From contig OZ244788.1 of assembly GCA_965219645.1 (NCBI GenBank), positions 723,341 to 787,340 on the forward strand: a DNA stretch of 64,000 nt. The letters are read 5' to 3'. Under the pieces are notes generated by a model that was not told the origin of the DNA, did not search any database, and was given only the letters and a program-made list of their open reading frames with translations. Positions 17,073 through 27,995 of this stretch are shown piece after piece (the stretch's first letter is position 1; each line of letters begins with the position of its first letter). A program made the position numbers and the translations under genes. This DNA comes from an uncultured Pseudohongiella sp. (GTDB taxonomy: Bacteria > Pseudomonadota > Gammaproteobacteria > Pseudomonadales > Pseudohongiellaceae).

Positions 17073-18152
17073 TCAAAAAAGCAGGTCTTCCTCGGCCACC
17101 CTCGCGGGCGCGGTATCGGGGAGGACGCCGTATGGGTCCACGTGGTAGACGATGGGCGGATTGGTGTAGCCGCGGATTTCGAGAATTTCCATGTAGCCCC
17201 GGGTGACCGGGTCGGGATTGAAAAACTCGTCTTCCTCGGCAAGCCGCGTGAGCGTCTCCTGTTCGAGTTGCACCTTGGGGTAGACGAACAGTGTGTAAAT
17301 GTTGGAAGTGTTGGTGCCCACCCAGGGCGCGAGTTCCTGCAAATCCTCGAAGGGCACGATCTCGCCGATTTCGGCCATGTTGCTGATGTCTTCGCGCTCG
17401 CGGAAGGCGATCAGGTTTTCGATGCTTTCCTCGCTCAGGCCCGGTATCAGGCGCATGGCCTCCCGGGTGGCGAGATTGAGATTAAGCCTGCGGCCGTTGC
17501 CGTAGACAGTGAAAGCGGCTTCGAGATTGACGCCTTCCAGCAATTCGTCGAAGCCCCGAATCAGGCGCAGTTCGTCGACGCTGTCGAGCTCGGGATTGTT
17601 GCGGGGCGCGTATCCGCCCTCTTCCAGCTCTTCGTAGTAGTCCGCCTCGGCGCCGTTGACGCCTTCGAGTTCATTGAGGTCGGTCCAGTCGGTCCAGGCG
17701 GCGAGCAGTTCCTGCACTTCCTCCGGGTCGGCGTCGAGCCCGCCGAGCCAGTGGGTGATCAGGGTCTGCATGTCCTGGCGGTTGATCCGGTTGAGATTGA
17801 TCTTGCCGGCATGGTCGTAGATGCGCACCGCCAGGCCCTCGGCAATGGGGTACTGCGGCTGCAATTCCCTGCCGTTGAAACGGTAGGAGGGGGTGAGAAT
17901 CTCGCCGTTCTCGGCCAGTTCGAGCGGCTCTCCCACCGGTAGTTCCATGCGTTCGAGCATGAGTTCCATTTCGGCATGGCTTACCGCCCCCATCAGTTCG
18001 GCCCAGGCCAGGCTTGCATCGCGATGGTTCACGGCGGCCGACGCCGACAGCCGCACCCGGGAAGCCATGGCGGTGACGAGCACCGCAAGCAGCACCGCGG
18101 TCCACAGGACGATAACGATCACCGCGCCGCGCTGGCTGGCGAAGCTTCTCAT
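17073..18152 (-). CDS. gspK: Type II secretion minor pseudopilin GspK
   Basis: ATG at 18152 overlaps the gspJ stop (ATGA). N-terminus MRSFASQRGAVIVIVLWTAVLLAVLV, then the helix-hairpin-helix-like GspK core (YYEEL...LDSVDELRLIRGF). The ORF-track version (587 aa) is over-extended. Confidence 0.85.
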   Translation of the reverse strand: MRSFASQRGAVIVIVLWTAVLLAVLVTAMASRVRLSASAAVNHRDASLAWAELMGAVSHAEMELMLERMELPVGEPLELAENGEILTPSYRFNGRELQPQYPIAEGLAVRIYDHAGKINLNRINRQDMQTLITHWLGGLDADPEEVQELLAAWTDWTDLNELEGVNGAEADYYEELEEGGYAPRNNPELDSVDELRLIRGFDELLEGVNLEAAFTVYGNGRRLNLNLATREAMRLIPGLSEESIENLIAFREREDISNMAEIGEIVPFEDLQELAPWVGTNTSNIYTLFVYPKVQLEQETLTRLAEEDEFFNPDPVTRGYMEILEIRGYTNPPIVYHVDPYGVLPDTAPARVAEEDLLF

Positions 18153-18832
18153 TGCAGCAGCCCCTGCAGGCCCACATTGGGCTGTATCGAGCGGTGCCGC
18201 GAATTGCGGATTCGCGCCAGGACTTCCAGCGGCTCGTCCTGGTCCCCGGCCCGGTCCAGCGGCTCGAACAGGATATGCACCGCCAGGGGCAGTTCCTGGC
18301 GCTCGTCGCCATGCCATTCGTCGATCCACTGCCGGCTTTCGTCGAGTTCGGTGTAGAGGTACTGAAAGCCGGCGCGGTAGCCCGGCAGCAGCAGGGAGGC
18401 TTCGGCCTCTTCGAAACGCTCCTCGGGATGGTCGGTGAATGCCGGCGCGAGTTTCAGCACCACGCCCTGTTCCTCGTCGTTGTATAACTGCCAGGCGGCA
18501 AGCCCGGGCCGCCGCTGGGGGGAAACCGTGGATACCCAACTCAGGGTTTCGTTCTCGCCGCTGAAGTACACCAGCCGGGTCAGCGACTCCTCGTCGAGCC
18601 AGGAATGGGGGAAGGCGCCATGCAGGGCGCGGTCGATCTGCAGCAGCGCCAGGGAATTGTCGAGATCGCCGTCGAGCCGGTCCGAATCCCGGTTCCAGTC
18701 CGAGGCCACCAGAAAAACCGCCGCGGACAGCAACGCGAGCAAGGTCGCGGTCAACGCAAGTGCGAGCAGAACCTCGATCAGAGTAAAACCCCCATTGACG
18801 CGATGAAATTGTATGCTTCCCCTGCGCCTCAA
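18149..18832 (-). CDS. gspJ: Type II secretion minor pseudopilin GspJ
   Basis: Prepilin motif NG/GFTLIEVLLALAL. I propose the in-frame TTG at 18832, which gives the leader M-RRRGSIQFHRVNG. The only upstream ATGs (18976, 19018) lie inside repeat DNA. Confidence 0.75.
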   Translation of the reverse strand: MRRRGSIQFHRVNGGFTLIEVLLALALTATLLALLSAAVFLVASDWNRDSDRLDGDLDNSLALLQIDRALHGAFPHSWLDEESLTRLVYFSGENETLSWVSTVSPQRRPGLAAWQLYNDEEQGVVLKLAPAFTDHPEERFEEAEASLLLPGYRAGFQYLYTELDESRQWIDEWHGDERQELPLAVHILFEPLDRAGDQDEPLEVLARIRNSRHRSIQPNVGLQGLLQ

Positions 18833-18838
18833 ACACTT

Positions 18839-18922
18839 GTCATTCTGCGCGCAGTCGCAGAATCTCCCTGGGAGACTGCTGCATGAGATTCTGCGACTGC
18901 GCTTCGCTCCGCGCAGAATGAC
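18839..18922. repeat. GCAGAATGAC palindromic repeat (double-stem hairpin element) in the gspI-gspJ spacer
   Basis: The sequence is GTCATTCTGCGCGCAGTCGCAGAATCTC-N18-GAGATTCTGCGACTGCGCTTCGCTCCGCGCAGAATGAC. The outer and inner arms are each self-complementary. Confidence 0.85.
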
Positions 18923-18943
18923 AGGGTGGGGGCTTTGCTCCGC

Positions 18944-19027
18944 GGGGAATGAAAGTGTTTCCGATGGGTGTCCCATGACTTTCTCGGGGAATGAAAGTGT
19001 TTCCGATGGGTGTCCCATGACTTTCTT
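18944..19027. repeat. 42-bp tandem duplication (2 copies)
   Basis: GGGGAATGAAAGTGTTTCCGATGGGTGTCCCATGACTTTCT(C/T) occurs twice back to back, with period 42 by coordinate counting. Confidence 0.85.
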
Positions 19028-19028
19028 C

Positions 19029-19409
19029 CTAGCGTGGCAGCAGCAGCCGGACCCAGCGGGTGCCGGGGATGATGCGGTCCCGCTCCCGGTCCTCGATTTC
19101 GAAAGCCTGCAGGGCCTGGGTGGTGCCGATGGTCTTGCGGATCGGGTCTTCCAGCAGTTCTCCGGCGCGGATCAGATAGCGCTCGCTCTCCAGCACCGGC
19201 GCCACCTCGTTGTATTCGTTCTCGAGCAGGGCGAAATTCACCGCGGCGCGCAGATCGGTGGATTCCCGCAGCCCCTCGCTGGCGCGCAGGGACAATTGCT
19301 TGCTCGCTCCGAGCAGGCTGAACAGGCCGCCGAGCACAAAGCCGGCGATCGCCAGGGCGACGATGACCTCGAGCAGGGTAAAGCCTCTTTCAGCGCGGGG
19401 GATCTTCAT
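19029..19409 (-). CDS. gspI: Type II secretion minor pseudopilin GspI
   Basis: MKIPRAERGFTLLEVIVALAIAG prepilin N-terminus, 126 aa. Confidence 0.85.
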   Translation of the reverse strand: MKIPRAERGFTLLEVIVALAIAGFVLGGLFSLLGASKQLSLRASEGLRESTDLRAAVNFALLENEYNEVAPVLESERYLIRAGELLEDPIRKTIGTTQALQAFEIEDRERDRIIPGTRWVRLLLPR

Positions 19410-19920
19410 CGTAGGCGGTTTCCATGCGGCCGGTGACGGGATTGATCGCGATGCTAGCGCTAAGGTCTTCGCGCTGCAGCAGCAGGGCGCCGCCGGTGCT
19501 GCCGCCTTCCGGGAAAAAGGTGACTTCCAGCGGTTCCCGCACGGTTTCCCGCTGGCCGGCGCTGTCGAGAAAATGCAATTCGATATCGCGCGCTTCGAAT
19601 ACCCCGGCGCTGAACATCGGAGCCTGGTAGTCGAAAGGCTCGTCTTCGGTCTCCGGCAGAAAACTCACCGTGGCGGGATTGCCGCTGACGATGGCGTTGC
19701 GCCGGGCCTGGTTGAGCAGGTTCGTCGCTTCCCGCACCTCGACATCGAACCCCCGGGTATCGAGGTCGCCCAGCCGCGGTACCAGAAAAGCTCCCGCCAG
19801 CGCGATAATCGTCAATACCAGCAGGACTTCAAGCAGCGTGAATCCACCCTGGCCCGCCCGATAAAAACTCAGCGGCACAGGGATGTGTCCATGAAAAATT
19901 CCACGGAAGGAATTTTTCAT
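19390..19920 (-). CDS. gspH: Type II secretion minor pseudopilin GspH
   Basis: Prepilin motif QG/GFTLLEVLLVLTIIAL. The ATG at 19920 lies within a 30-nt perfect-arm palindrome. An alternative GTG at 19878 gives a shorter leader. Confidence 0.8.
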   Translation of the reverse strand: MKNSFRGIFHGHIPVPLSFYRAGQGGFTLLEVLLVLTIIALAGAFLVPRLGDLDTRGFDVEVREATNLLNQARRNAIVSGNPATVSFLPETEDEPFDYQAPMFSAGVFEARDIELHFLDSAGQRETVREPLEVTFFPEGGSTGGALLLQREDLSASIAINPVTGRMETAYDEDPPR

Positions 19921-19930
19921 CGATAAAAGC

Positions 19931-20344
19931 TCATTCCCGGCCGATGTCGGCGTCATTGCCCGCGCCGCCCTGGGCGCCGTCCGCGCCGAGGGAGTACAGG
20001 CTGAAACTGTTGTCGTCGGGCTCGTAGACATAGGCATTGTCCCAGGGGTCTTCGGGCAGTTCCGTACCACGTAGATAGGGTCCGTTCCAGGCGGCGCGGT
20101 TGGAGTCGTTCCGCATCAGGCCGTCGAGCGAGTCGGGATAGCGGCCCACGTCGAGGCGGTACATGTCCAGCGCCGCGGACAGGGTGGAGATTTCCGCCGT
20201 GGCGGCGTCGCGCATGGCGCCCGCCTGCTGATTGAAAACGTTCGGCGCCACCAGTACCGCGAGCATGGCGATGATTGCCATCACCACCAGAATCTCGATC
20301 AGGGTAAAGCCGGAGGACCGCATTCCCGGATTGGACGTATTCAT
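19931..20344 (-). CDS. gspG: Type II secretion major pseudopilin GspG
   Basis: The ATG at 20344 has an AGGAG RBS. Sequence MNTSNPGMRSSGFTLIEILVVMAIIAMLA then LDMYRLD...YP...PWDN.Y.Y, the classic GspG pattern. Confidence 0.92.
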   Translation of the reverse strand: MNTSNPGMRSSGFTLIEILVVMAIIAMLAVLVAPNVFNQQAGAMRDAATAEISTLSAALDMYRLDVGRYPDSLDGLMRNDSNRAAWNGPYLRGTELPEDPWDNAYVYEPDDNSFSLYSLGADGAQGGAGNDADIGRE

Positions 20345-20385
20345 GATTTGCACTCCTGACGCTCGTCGGAACCGTGTTGGCCTGC

Positions 20386-22566
20386 TCACATTTCCTCCTC
20401 CTCGAACAACTGGGAGACGAGTTCGAAACGATTGAGGATGTCGGAGTATTGTACACCTCCGCCTTCGGCGTTGAGGTTGATGATTTCCGGCCGCAGCACG
20501 ATGAACAGCTCGCGCCGCTCGACGCGCAGTTGCCGGTAGGAAAACAGGTTGCCCAGCACGGGAACCTGGTTGAGCAGGGGAACGCCGCGATTGAGGTTCT
20601 CGTTGTCGCTCTGGATCAGGCCGCCGAGGACGATGTTCTCGCCGTTGTTCACCACCACGGTGGTGCTGATTTCCTGATTGTTGAACACCGGGTTGTTGTT
20701 GACCCCGGACGCCGCGTTGTCCACCGAGGAAAGCACCTGGCGAATGGTCAGGGTCACCACGCCGTCCTCGTTGATCTGGGGCGTGATGTAGAGTTCGATT
20801 CCCGTGGGCCGGTACTGGATATTGGTGGTGGCGAGGCCGCCGGTGGTAATCGACTGTCCCGCCTCGATGGGCACTTCGGCGCCGATCTGGATTTCGCCTT
20901 CCTGGTTGTTGGTCACGAGCAGCGAGGGCCGGGCGAGCAGGCGCACCTCGTTGTTCTGGGCGATGGCCTCCAGCGTGGCTTCCACCCGGGCCGCGCCGTC
21001 GAGGAAACTGCGGGTGAACATGAGTCCGTTCAGGGTGGGCACGAAACCGGTCTCCGCGGTGTTTTCCAGCGGCATCAGTTCGGCGTCCCGGGCGACCCGG
21101 CTCCAGTCGACGCCAAAGCGCGTCTCGTCGTTCAGGGTCACCTGGGCGATGACGGCGTTCACCATGACTTGCAGCGGCGCCACGTCGAGTTGACTGATGG
21201 TGGTGAGCAACTGCCGGTAGTCCCTGGCGCTGGCCCGGATCAGCAGGCTGTTGGTGGCCTCGTCGGCGACGATCCGCACTTGCAGATTGGCGGAAACCCC
21301 TGCGGAGCTTCCGCTTTCCGCCGCTGGCGCCGGCGTGGCGGCCCCGGCGTCGCCTTCGCCGTTCTGGTCTTCCGAGTTGTCCACCAGGTCCAGGTTGACC
21401 TGTTCCTCGATATTGGCCAGATCGTCTTCCGCCTGCAGGCCGGGCAGCAGGGGCTCCTCGTCTTCCTCGAATACCTGGCTCAGGGTTTCCGCAAGTTCCA
21501 GCGCCGGCAGGTTCTTGACCCGGTACATGAACAATTGCTCCACCTGCTGCTGGCTTTCGGCGTCGAGAATCGCCACCCAGCGGCTGACTTCGTCGAAGCC
21601 CCGGGTAGCCGGGGCGGTCACGAGCAGGGCATTGATGCGGCCGATGCCGCGGACCTGGTAGGAAGGATTCTCGCCTTCGATCAGGAGCAGGATTTCCGCG
21701 AGTTCCTCGGCGACTTCGATGGCATTGGCGTTCTCCAGCGGATAAATGCGGATGCCCTGGTTGAGAAAGGGGTCGGCGTCCACCAGCAGCAGCAACTGGT
21801 TGATGCGCTGGAGTTCTTCCGGGCCGGCGCTGATCGCCAGGGTATTGTTGACGGTGAATTGCTGCACGTCGGCTTCGTTCTGCAATAGCGGGCGGATGAC
21901 TTCCATGGCCGCCTCCGCCGAGACGTAGACCAGCGGCGTCACCTGCATGATGCGCGCGGCGCCGCTGTTGTCGAGGCTGTCCGGCGTGGCGAACTCGGTG
22001 GCCGCGGGCGCGCTCACCTGACGCACGTTGTAGACATTGCCGACCCGGTTGATGACCACCCCGGCGTCCCGGGTCAGCAGGCGCATCAGGGGCCAGATGT
22101 CTTCCCGGGCCAGGGGCCGTTCCTCGGCAGTGCGCAGGCTCACGGTCCGGTTGATGGTCGGGTCGATGACCAGGGAGATATCCAGCGCTTCGGCGAGTTC
22201 CTCGAGCACGAGGCGCAGGTCCGCCTCCTCGTAATTGAGTTCCACCACGTCGTCACCGACGACGCTGACCGGCTCCGGGGCGATATCCGCGCCGACGCCG
22301 CCGGAAAGCAGCGAGCCGTCGCGATTGATTTCATCGATCAGCTCAAGCTGGGCGGCCGCGGCCGCGGCCTGGGCCGCGGATATGGCGTCCGGGCCGGGCG
22401 ACCCTGGCTCGGAGGGGGCGGTTTCCGGCTGGGCGGCCTGGGAGGGCGTTGCGGCCTGGCTTGCGCCCGCGCCGCCGCTGTCGGTCACGCTGGTGCAGGA
22501 GGCCAGCAATATGGCCAGCGGCAACAGCGCCAGCGGCCCCGGCCCGGATCTGGAGTGAACTCGCAT
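20386..22566 (-). CDS. gspD: Type II secretion secretin GspD with lipoprotein signal (liposecretin-like)
   Basis: The C-terminal secretin domain is VVVNNGENIVLGGLI...VPLLNQVPVLGNLF. The N-terminus LALLPLAILLASC has an L-A-S-C lipobox, followed by an Ala/Pro/Ser/Gln-rich linker. Confidence 0.9.
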   Translation of the reverse strand: MRVHSRSGPGPLALLPLAILLASCTSVTDSGGAGASQAATPSQAAQPETAPSEPGSPGPDAISAAQAAAAAAQLELIDEINRDGSLLSGGVGADIAPEPVSVVGDDVVELNYEEADLRLVLEELAEALDISLVIDPTINRTVSLRTAEERPLAREDIWPLMRLLTRDAGVVINRVGNVYNVRQVSAPAATEFATPDSLDNSGAARIMQVTPLVYVSAEAAMEVIRPLLQNEADVQQFTVNNTLAISAGPEELQRINQLLLLVDADPFLNQGIRIYPLENANAIEVAEELAEILLLIEGENPSYQVRGIGRINALLVTAPATRGFDEVSRWVAILDAESQQQVEQLFMYRVKNLPALELAETLSQVFEEDEEPLLPGLQAEDDLANIEEQVNLDLVDNSEDQNGEGDAGAATPAPAAESGSSAGVSANLQVRIVADEATNSLLIRASARDYRQLLTTISQLDVAPLQVMVNAVIAQVTLNDETRFGVDWSRVARDAELMPLENTAETGFVPTLNGLMFTRSFLDGAARVEATLEAIAQNNEVRLLARPSLLVTNNQEGEIQIGAEVPIEAGQSITTGGLATTNIQYRPTGIELYITPQINEDGVVTLTIRQVLSSVDNAASGVNNNPVFNNQEISTTVVVNNGENIVLGGLIQSDNENLNRGVPLLNQVPVLGNLFSYRQLRVERRELFIVLRPEIINLNAEGGGVQYSDILNRFELVSQLFEEEEM

Positions 22567-22582
22567 CGCGGCGGTCTCCCTG

Positions 22583-23784
22583 TCAGAATTCCACGGTATT
22601 CATGCTGAACACCGCGGAAAGCATGGTAATCGTTATGCCACCGACAACGATGGCAAGAATGATGATCAGCGCGGGCTGCAAGGCGGAAACCAGGGTGGCG
22701 ACCTGATTGCGCACTTGCGTGTCGAAAGTTTCCGCCGCCTTGAGCAGAATGGCTGCGGTGCGGCCGGATTCCTCGCCCACGCCGACCAACTGGTGCAGCA
22801 GGGTGGGAAAGCGGTTGGTCTTCTCCAGCGAAACGCCGAGCCCGGCGCCGCCGCGCACGTCTTCCTCGACCCGGGCGAGCTCTCCGGTCAGCACGCTGTT
22901 GACGAGCACTTCCCTGGCCACCCGCAAGGCCCGGATCAAGGGAATCCCGGCGCCCATCAGCGCTCCCATGGTGCGGGCGAACAGCGCGCATTCGCGGTAT
23001 AGCAGCAAATTGCCGAGCAGGGGCAGGGACAGCAGAAACCCGTCCTTGCGCAGGCGCCCGGCGGCGGAAGCGTCGAGTCGTTTCCAGCCGAGAAAGGCCA
23101 GCCCCGCCAGCAGCAACAGCAGATAACCGTAGTTTTGCAGCCATTCGCTCATGGCCAGCAGGGTCGCCGCCGAGGCGGGAATTTCCGCCCCGGAATCCAC
23201 GAACATGGCGGCGAACTGGGGAATGACGAAAATCATCAGCAGCCCCACCGAGAGAATGCCGGTAATGACGAGCACCACCGGATAGACCATGGCCGAAATG
23301 ATCGACTGGCGGGTTTTGGCGTTGCGTTCGAGGAATTCGGCGAGATCGGGCAGCAGTTCGTGCAGGATGCCGCCTTCCTCGCCGGCGCGGACGATATTGA
23401 CGTACATCTTGCCGAAAACTCCGGGATGCTGCTCCATGGCCTCGGCGAGGCTGCTGCCCTCCTTCACTTCCCGCAGCAAGCCGCGCACGAGTTCGCGCAT
23501 GGCGGCGGAGCCGGACATGCCCTCGAGCAAGCGCAGGGCGCGGTCGATGGGCACCCGGGCTTCCACCAGCGTGCAAAGTCCGTTGGTGAAATCGAGCAGG
23601 CTGGCGGGGGAAATCCTGCGTCGCTCGAAATTCCAGCTTGCCGCCTTGCCGGGCTGGACCCGGATCGGCGTCAGCCGGCGGCCCTGCAGGATGCGCACGG
23701 CCTCGCGCTCGGTTTCGGCTTCCAGCGAACCGCTCTGGCGATTGCCACCGGCGTCGAAAGCCTGGTATCGGAAAATCCGCTCGT

Positions 23785-23788
<4 letters not shown>
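22583..23788 (-). CDS. gspF: Type II secretion inner-membrane platform protein GspF
   Basis: 401 aa with two GspF-type repeats and three TM segments. It sits between gspE and gspD. Confidence 0.9.
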
Positions 23789-25248
<1,460 letters not shown>

Positions 25249-25260
25249 GTTCGGTTCCTG

Positions 25261-25830
25261 TCAGTCCGCAGCGAATGCCGGGCGGGCGAAGCCCACCACG
25301 GTAATGGCGCCGGTGTACTGGGTACGGCTGCGGCTCAGGCTGAAATCGGTAACCCGCAGCCGCGGCATGGACTCTCCGAGGCGTTCCAGAAAAGCCACGG
25401 TGCGATCGGCCTCTGTGGTGCGGAAGGACATTTCCTGGCTGATCAGCAGCCAGCCTTCGGTTTCCAGCCGCTCGGCAAGCCGGGTCGAGTTCACCGTCAG
25501 GCCCGATTCCCTGGCGTAGCGCGACAGATCCTGCTGGATCGCCGCTTCAATGAGCGGGATCGTGTCGCCGGAGAAAATACCCAGCTGCATTTCGGTTTCC
25601 CGCAACTCGACCTCAGCCCTGTCCCCGGCCCAGCGGGCGCTGTTTTCAATCAGCCGCTGTTCCTGGTCCAGGGCGAGTTCCAGCGCCTCGACCTGCTGGC
25701 CGCGTTGCTGGCTCCAGGCGCCGATGGCGGGGATGAGGTAACTGGCCAGAAACACCATCCCCACCGCCCCCAGCAGCAGCAACAGATTTCTTTCGCGGGT
25801 GGAAATGGCCACGTTAGTGTGCTGTCCCAT
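25261..25830 (-). CDS. gspM: GspM/PilO-like type II secretion assembly protein
   Basis: 189 aa with a single N-terminal TM (LLLLLGAVGMVFLASYLIPAIG), a coiled region and an alpha-beta C-terminus. It sits between gspL and gspE. Assignment rests on architecture and context. Confidence 0.65.
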   Translation of the reverse strand: MGQHTNVAISTRERNLLLLLGAVGMVFLASYLIPAIGAWSQQRGQQVEALELALDQEQRLIENSARWAGDRAEVELRETEMQLGIFSGDTIPLIEAAIQQDLSRYARESGLTVNSTRLAERLETEGWLLISQEMSFRTTEADRTVAFLERLGESMPRLRVTDFSLSRSRTQYTGAITVVGFARPAFAAD

Positions 25831-25844
25831 AAGTTCGCTGCATT

Positions 25845-27125
25845 TCAGCGCTCCGGGAAGTAGCGCGCCATGTAGGCTTCAAAATTGATTTCGGCCAGCC
25901 GCAGGTCGATGTAGTACTGGTCATTGCTGGTGGCGCGGGAGAACACGACTTCGGTGAACATGGGATCCTGTTCCAGCCTTTGCAGGATCGACTGGGGGTC
26001 TTCGCTGGCGCCCTGGATGCGAATGACGCCTTCGGAGATTTCCAGATCCGACAGCCGGTTCGGGCTGAGCACGAGTTGCAGGTTGAACAGGGCCGCGCGC
26101 ACCGCCTGGTCAGGAAAATCGTTCACCGCGCCCCAGCGGTCCTCGAAATCCACCACGACTTCCCGGTCCGCCCGTGCGGGGGCCGACAACTCGCGTCTTG
26201 AGTCGAGCTGGCGGTTGAGACTGTTGATCTCGAACTGCTGGAAAATGAAAGGCAGGGCCGCAAGAAGAGCCACAACCCCGAGTGCGGCTGCTCCGCGCAG
26301 GGCAAGACGACGCTGCTCCCTGCGGCGGCGGCGGGCCAGGGCGGCAGCGGGGAAGAAACCGTAATCTCCATGGGCTTCCCGGTTAAGCGCCCCGGCATAC
26401 TGCGCCAGGGAATCGATCCGCCGCGGGTCGCCGCCGGCAGCGGCCCGCAGTTCGGCCTCCCATTGGCTGGCGAACTCTTCCTGCTCGAGGTCAGCGGCTT
26501 CGATATGCTTCCATTGCCGCAGGGCGCCGCCGATGGAATGGGAGAAAGTCAGGCTTACGCCATCGGTATCCACAAGCCCCGACCGGGGGGACTGGCTGTG
26601 CAGGATGCGGGGCTTGACCGCGGCAAGGAACAGGCCATGTTCAGCAAACGCCCGGTGCAGTTCATCAAGCCGCGCCGAGCGCATCCACAGCACGGCCTGT
26701 GGGCCGTCCTCCTCGCCATGCACCGCAAGGGCAAGCGGTTCTTCCAGCGACGGCAGGGCAGTTTCGGCCTGCAACAAAACCGCCGAACGCAGGTTCTCGC
26801 CACTGACCCCGGGCATTTCCGCCCAGGTGGCGGCAAACTCTCCCGGCGGCAACAACAGCAGTATCGAGCGCTCCTTGCCGGCGCCAAGCAGTTTGCGGGC
26901 GGCGGCGGCAATCGCCAGGGCGCCCGGATGACTGTTTTTCTGTTCCGGCTCTTCGGCCAAAGGCGCCGCATTCCCGCTTTCCACGTGCAGCGCCTGCCCG
27001 CCAAAAATCAGCAGGCTGGCATCCACCTGCCGCAGCAATTCGCGGCCGGGGTTGGCAAACAGCAGGCGCCTGAGCGCTGGCGGCAGCCGAGCCGCCCAGG
27101 CATGGGGAGACAATAAACCAGACAT
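25845..27125 (-). CDS. gspL: GspL-like type II secretion protein (cytoplasmic actin-like domain, TM, PilN-like periplasmic domain)
   Basis: 426 aa with a central RRRRREQRRLALRGAAALGVVALLAALPFIF TM segment and a PilN-like C-terminus. It is the first gene of the operon. Confidence 0.65.
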   Translation of the reverse strand: MSGLLSPHAWAARLPPALRRLLFANPGRELLRQVDASLLIFGGQALHVESGNAAPLAEEPEQKNSHPGALAIAAAARKLLGAGKERSILLLLPPGEFAATWAEMPGVSGENLRSAVLLQAETALPSLEEPLALAVHGEEDGPQAVLWMRSARLDELHRAFAEHGLFLAAVKPRILHSQSPRSGLVDTDGVSLTFSHSIGGALRQWKHIEAADLEQEEFASQWEAELRAAAGGDPRRIDSLAQYAGALNREAHGDYGFFPAAALARRRRREQRRLALRGAAALGVVALLAALPFIFQQFEINSLNRQLDSRRELSAPARADREVVVDFEDRWGAVNDFPDQAVRAALFNLQLVLSPNRLSDLEISEGVIRIQGASEDPQSILQRLEQDPMFTEVVFSRATSNDQYYIDLRLAEINFEAYMARYFPER

Positions 27126-27296
27126 TCGCAGCGCCCGGAGACGATATGCAATGAATCAGGCAGTTAGTCGGCAGCACGGCCAATAAAGTTTGTTATTTTG
27201 AATCGGCATCCGGGCGCAAAATTGATTTGCCGGGGGCGAATCCGTACTATCGGTGAGAACCCAGAGGGCCTGCGGCGCAGGCTTCCAAAGTCTGAC

Positions 27297-27995
27297 ATGA
27301 AGAAAATCCTCATCCTGGATGACGATGAGAAACTTGGCCAGTTACTGACCCGGTATCTTGAGCGTCATGGAATGGAATGCCATGTGGCGCTGGCGCCGCC
27401 CCAGGGTTTCGAGTTGCTGAAAAGGCTCAGGCCGGACCTGCTGATTCTCGATGTCATGCTGCCAGTCAAGGACGGTTTTGAGGTCTGCCGGGAGATTCGC
27501 GCCAAATCCGCGATTTACGGCGACCTGCCGATTCTCATGCTCACCGCCCATGCTGAAGTCACCGACCGTATCGCCGGGCTTGAGCTCGGCGCCGACGATT
27601 ATCTGCCCAAGCCATTTGAACCCCGGGAATTGCTCGCCCGCATCCAGAACATTCTGCGCCGCAGCATGGAAGAGCACGAGCTGCGGGAAATCCAGGAGAT
27701 CGAGGGGCTTGAGGTGGATGTCTCGCGGCGGGAGGTCAAGCTCGACGGGAAAGTACTCGACCTCACCACCATGGAATACGAATTGCTGGTGCTTTTCATG
27801 CAGTTTCCCAACAAGACTTTCAGTCGGGATGAACTCATGAACCGGTTGCGGGGCATCAATGCCGAACTGTTCTCCCGGGCCGTGGACACTCTTGTGAGCC
27901 GCCTGCGCCACAAGCTCAACGACACTTCGAAGACGCCGCGCTTCATCAAGACCATCTGGGGGCGCGGCTACACCTTTGTCGGCAAGCAGCTATGA
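27297..27995 (+). CDS. OmpR/PhoB-family response regulator
   Basis: ATG at 27297 (MKKILILDDDEKL). Receiver Asp in LLILDVMLP. C-terminal winged-helix ending TIWGRGYTF. Confidence 0.92.
   Translation: MKKILILDDDEKLGQLLTRYLERHGMECHVALAPPQGFELLKRLRPDLLILDVMLPVKDGFEVCREIRAKSAIYGDLPILMLTAHAEVTDRIAGLELGADDYLPKPFEPRELLARIQNILRRSMEEHELREIQEIEGLEVDVSRREVKLDGKVLDLTTMEYELLVLFMQFPNKTFSRDELMNRLRGINAELFSRAVDTLVSRLRHKLNDTSKTPRFIKTIWGRGYTFVGKQL

Noticed and set aside
18833-19018. ATG starts at 18976 and 19018 for gspJ
   Set aside because: They lie in duplicated repeat DNA and would give an implausibly long prepilin leader. An in-frame TTG at 18832 gives a normal one.
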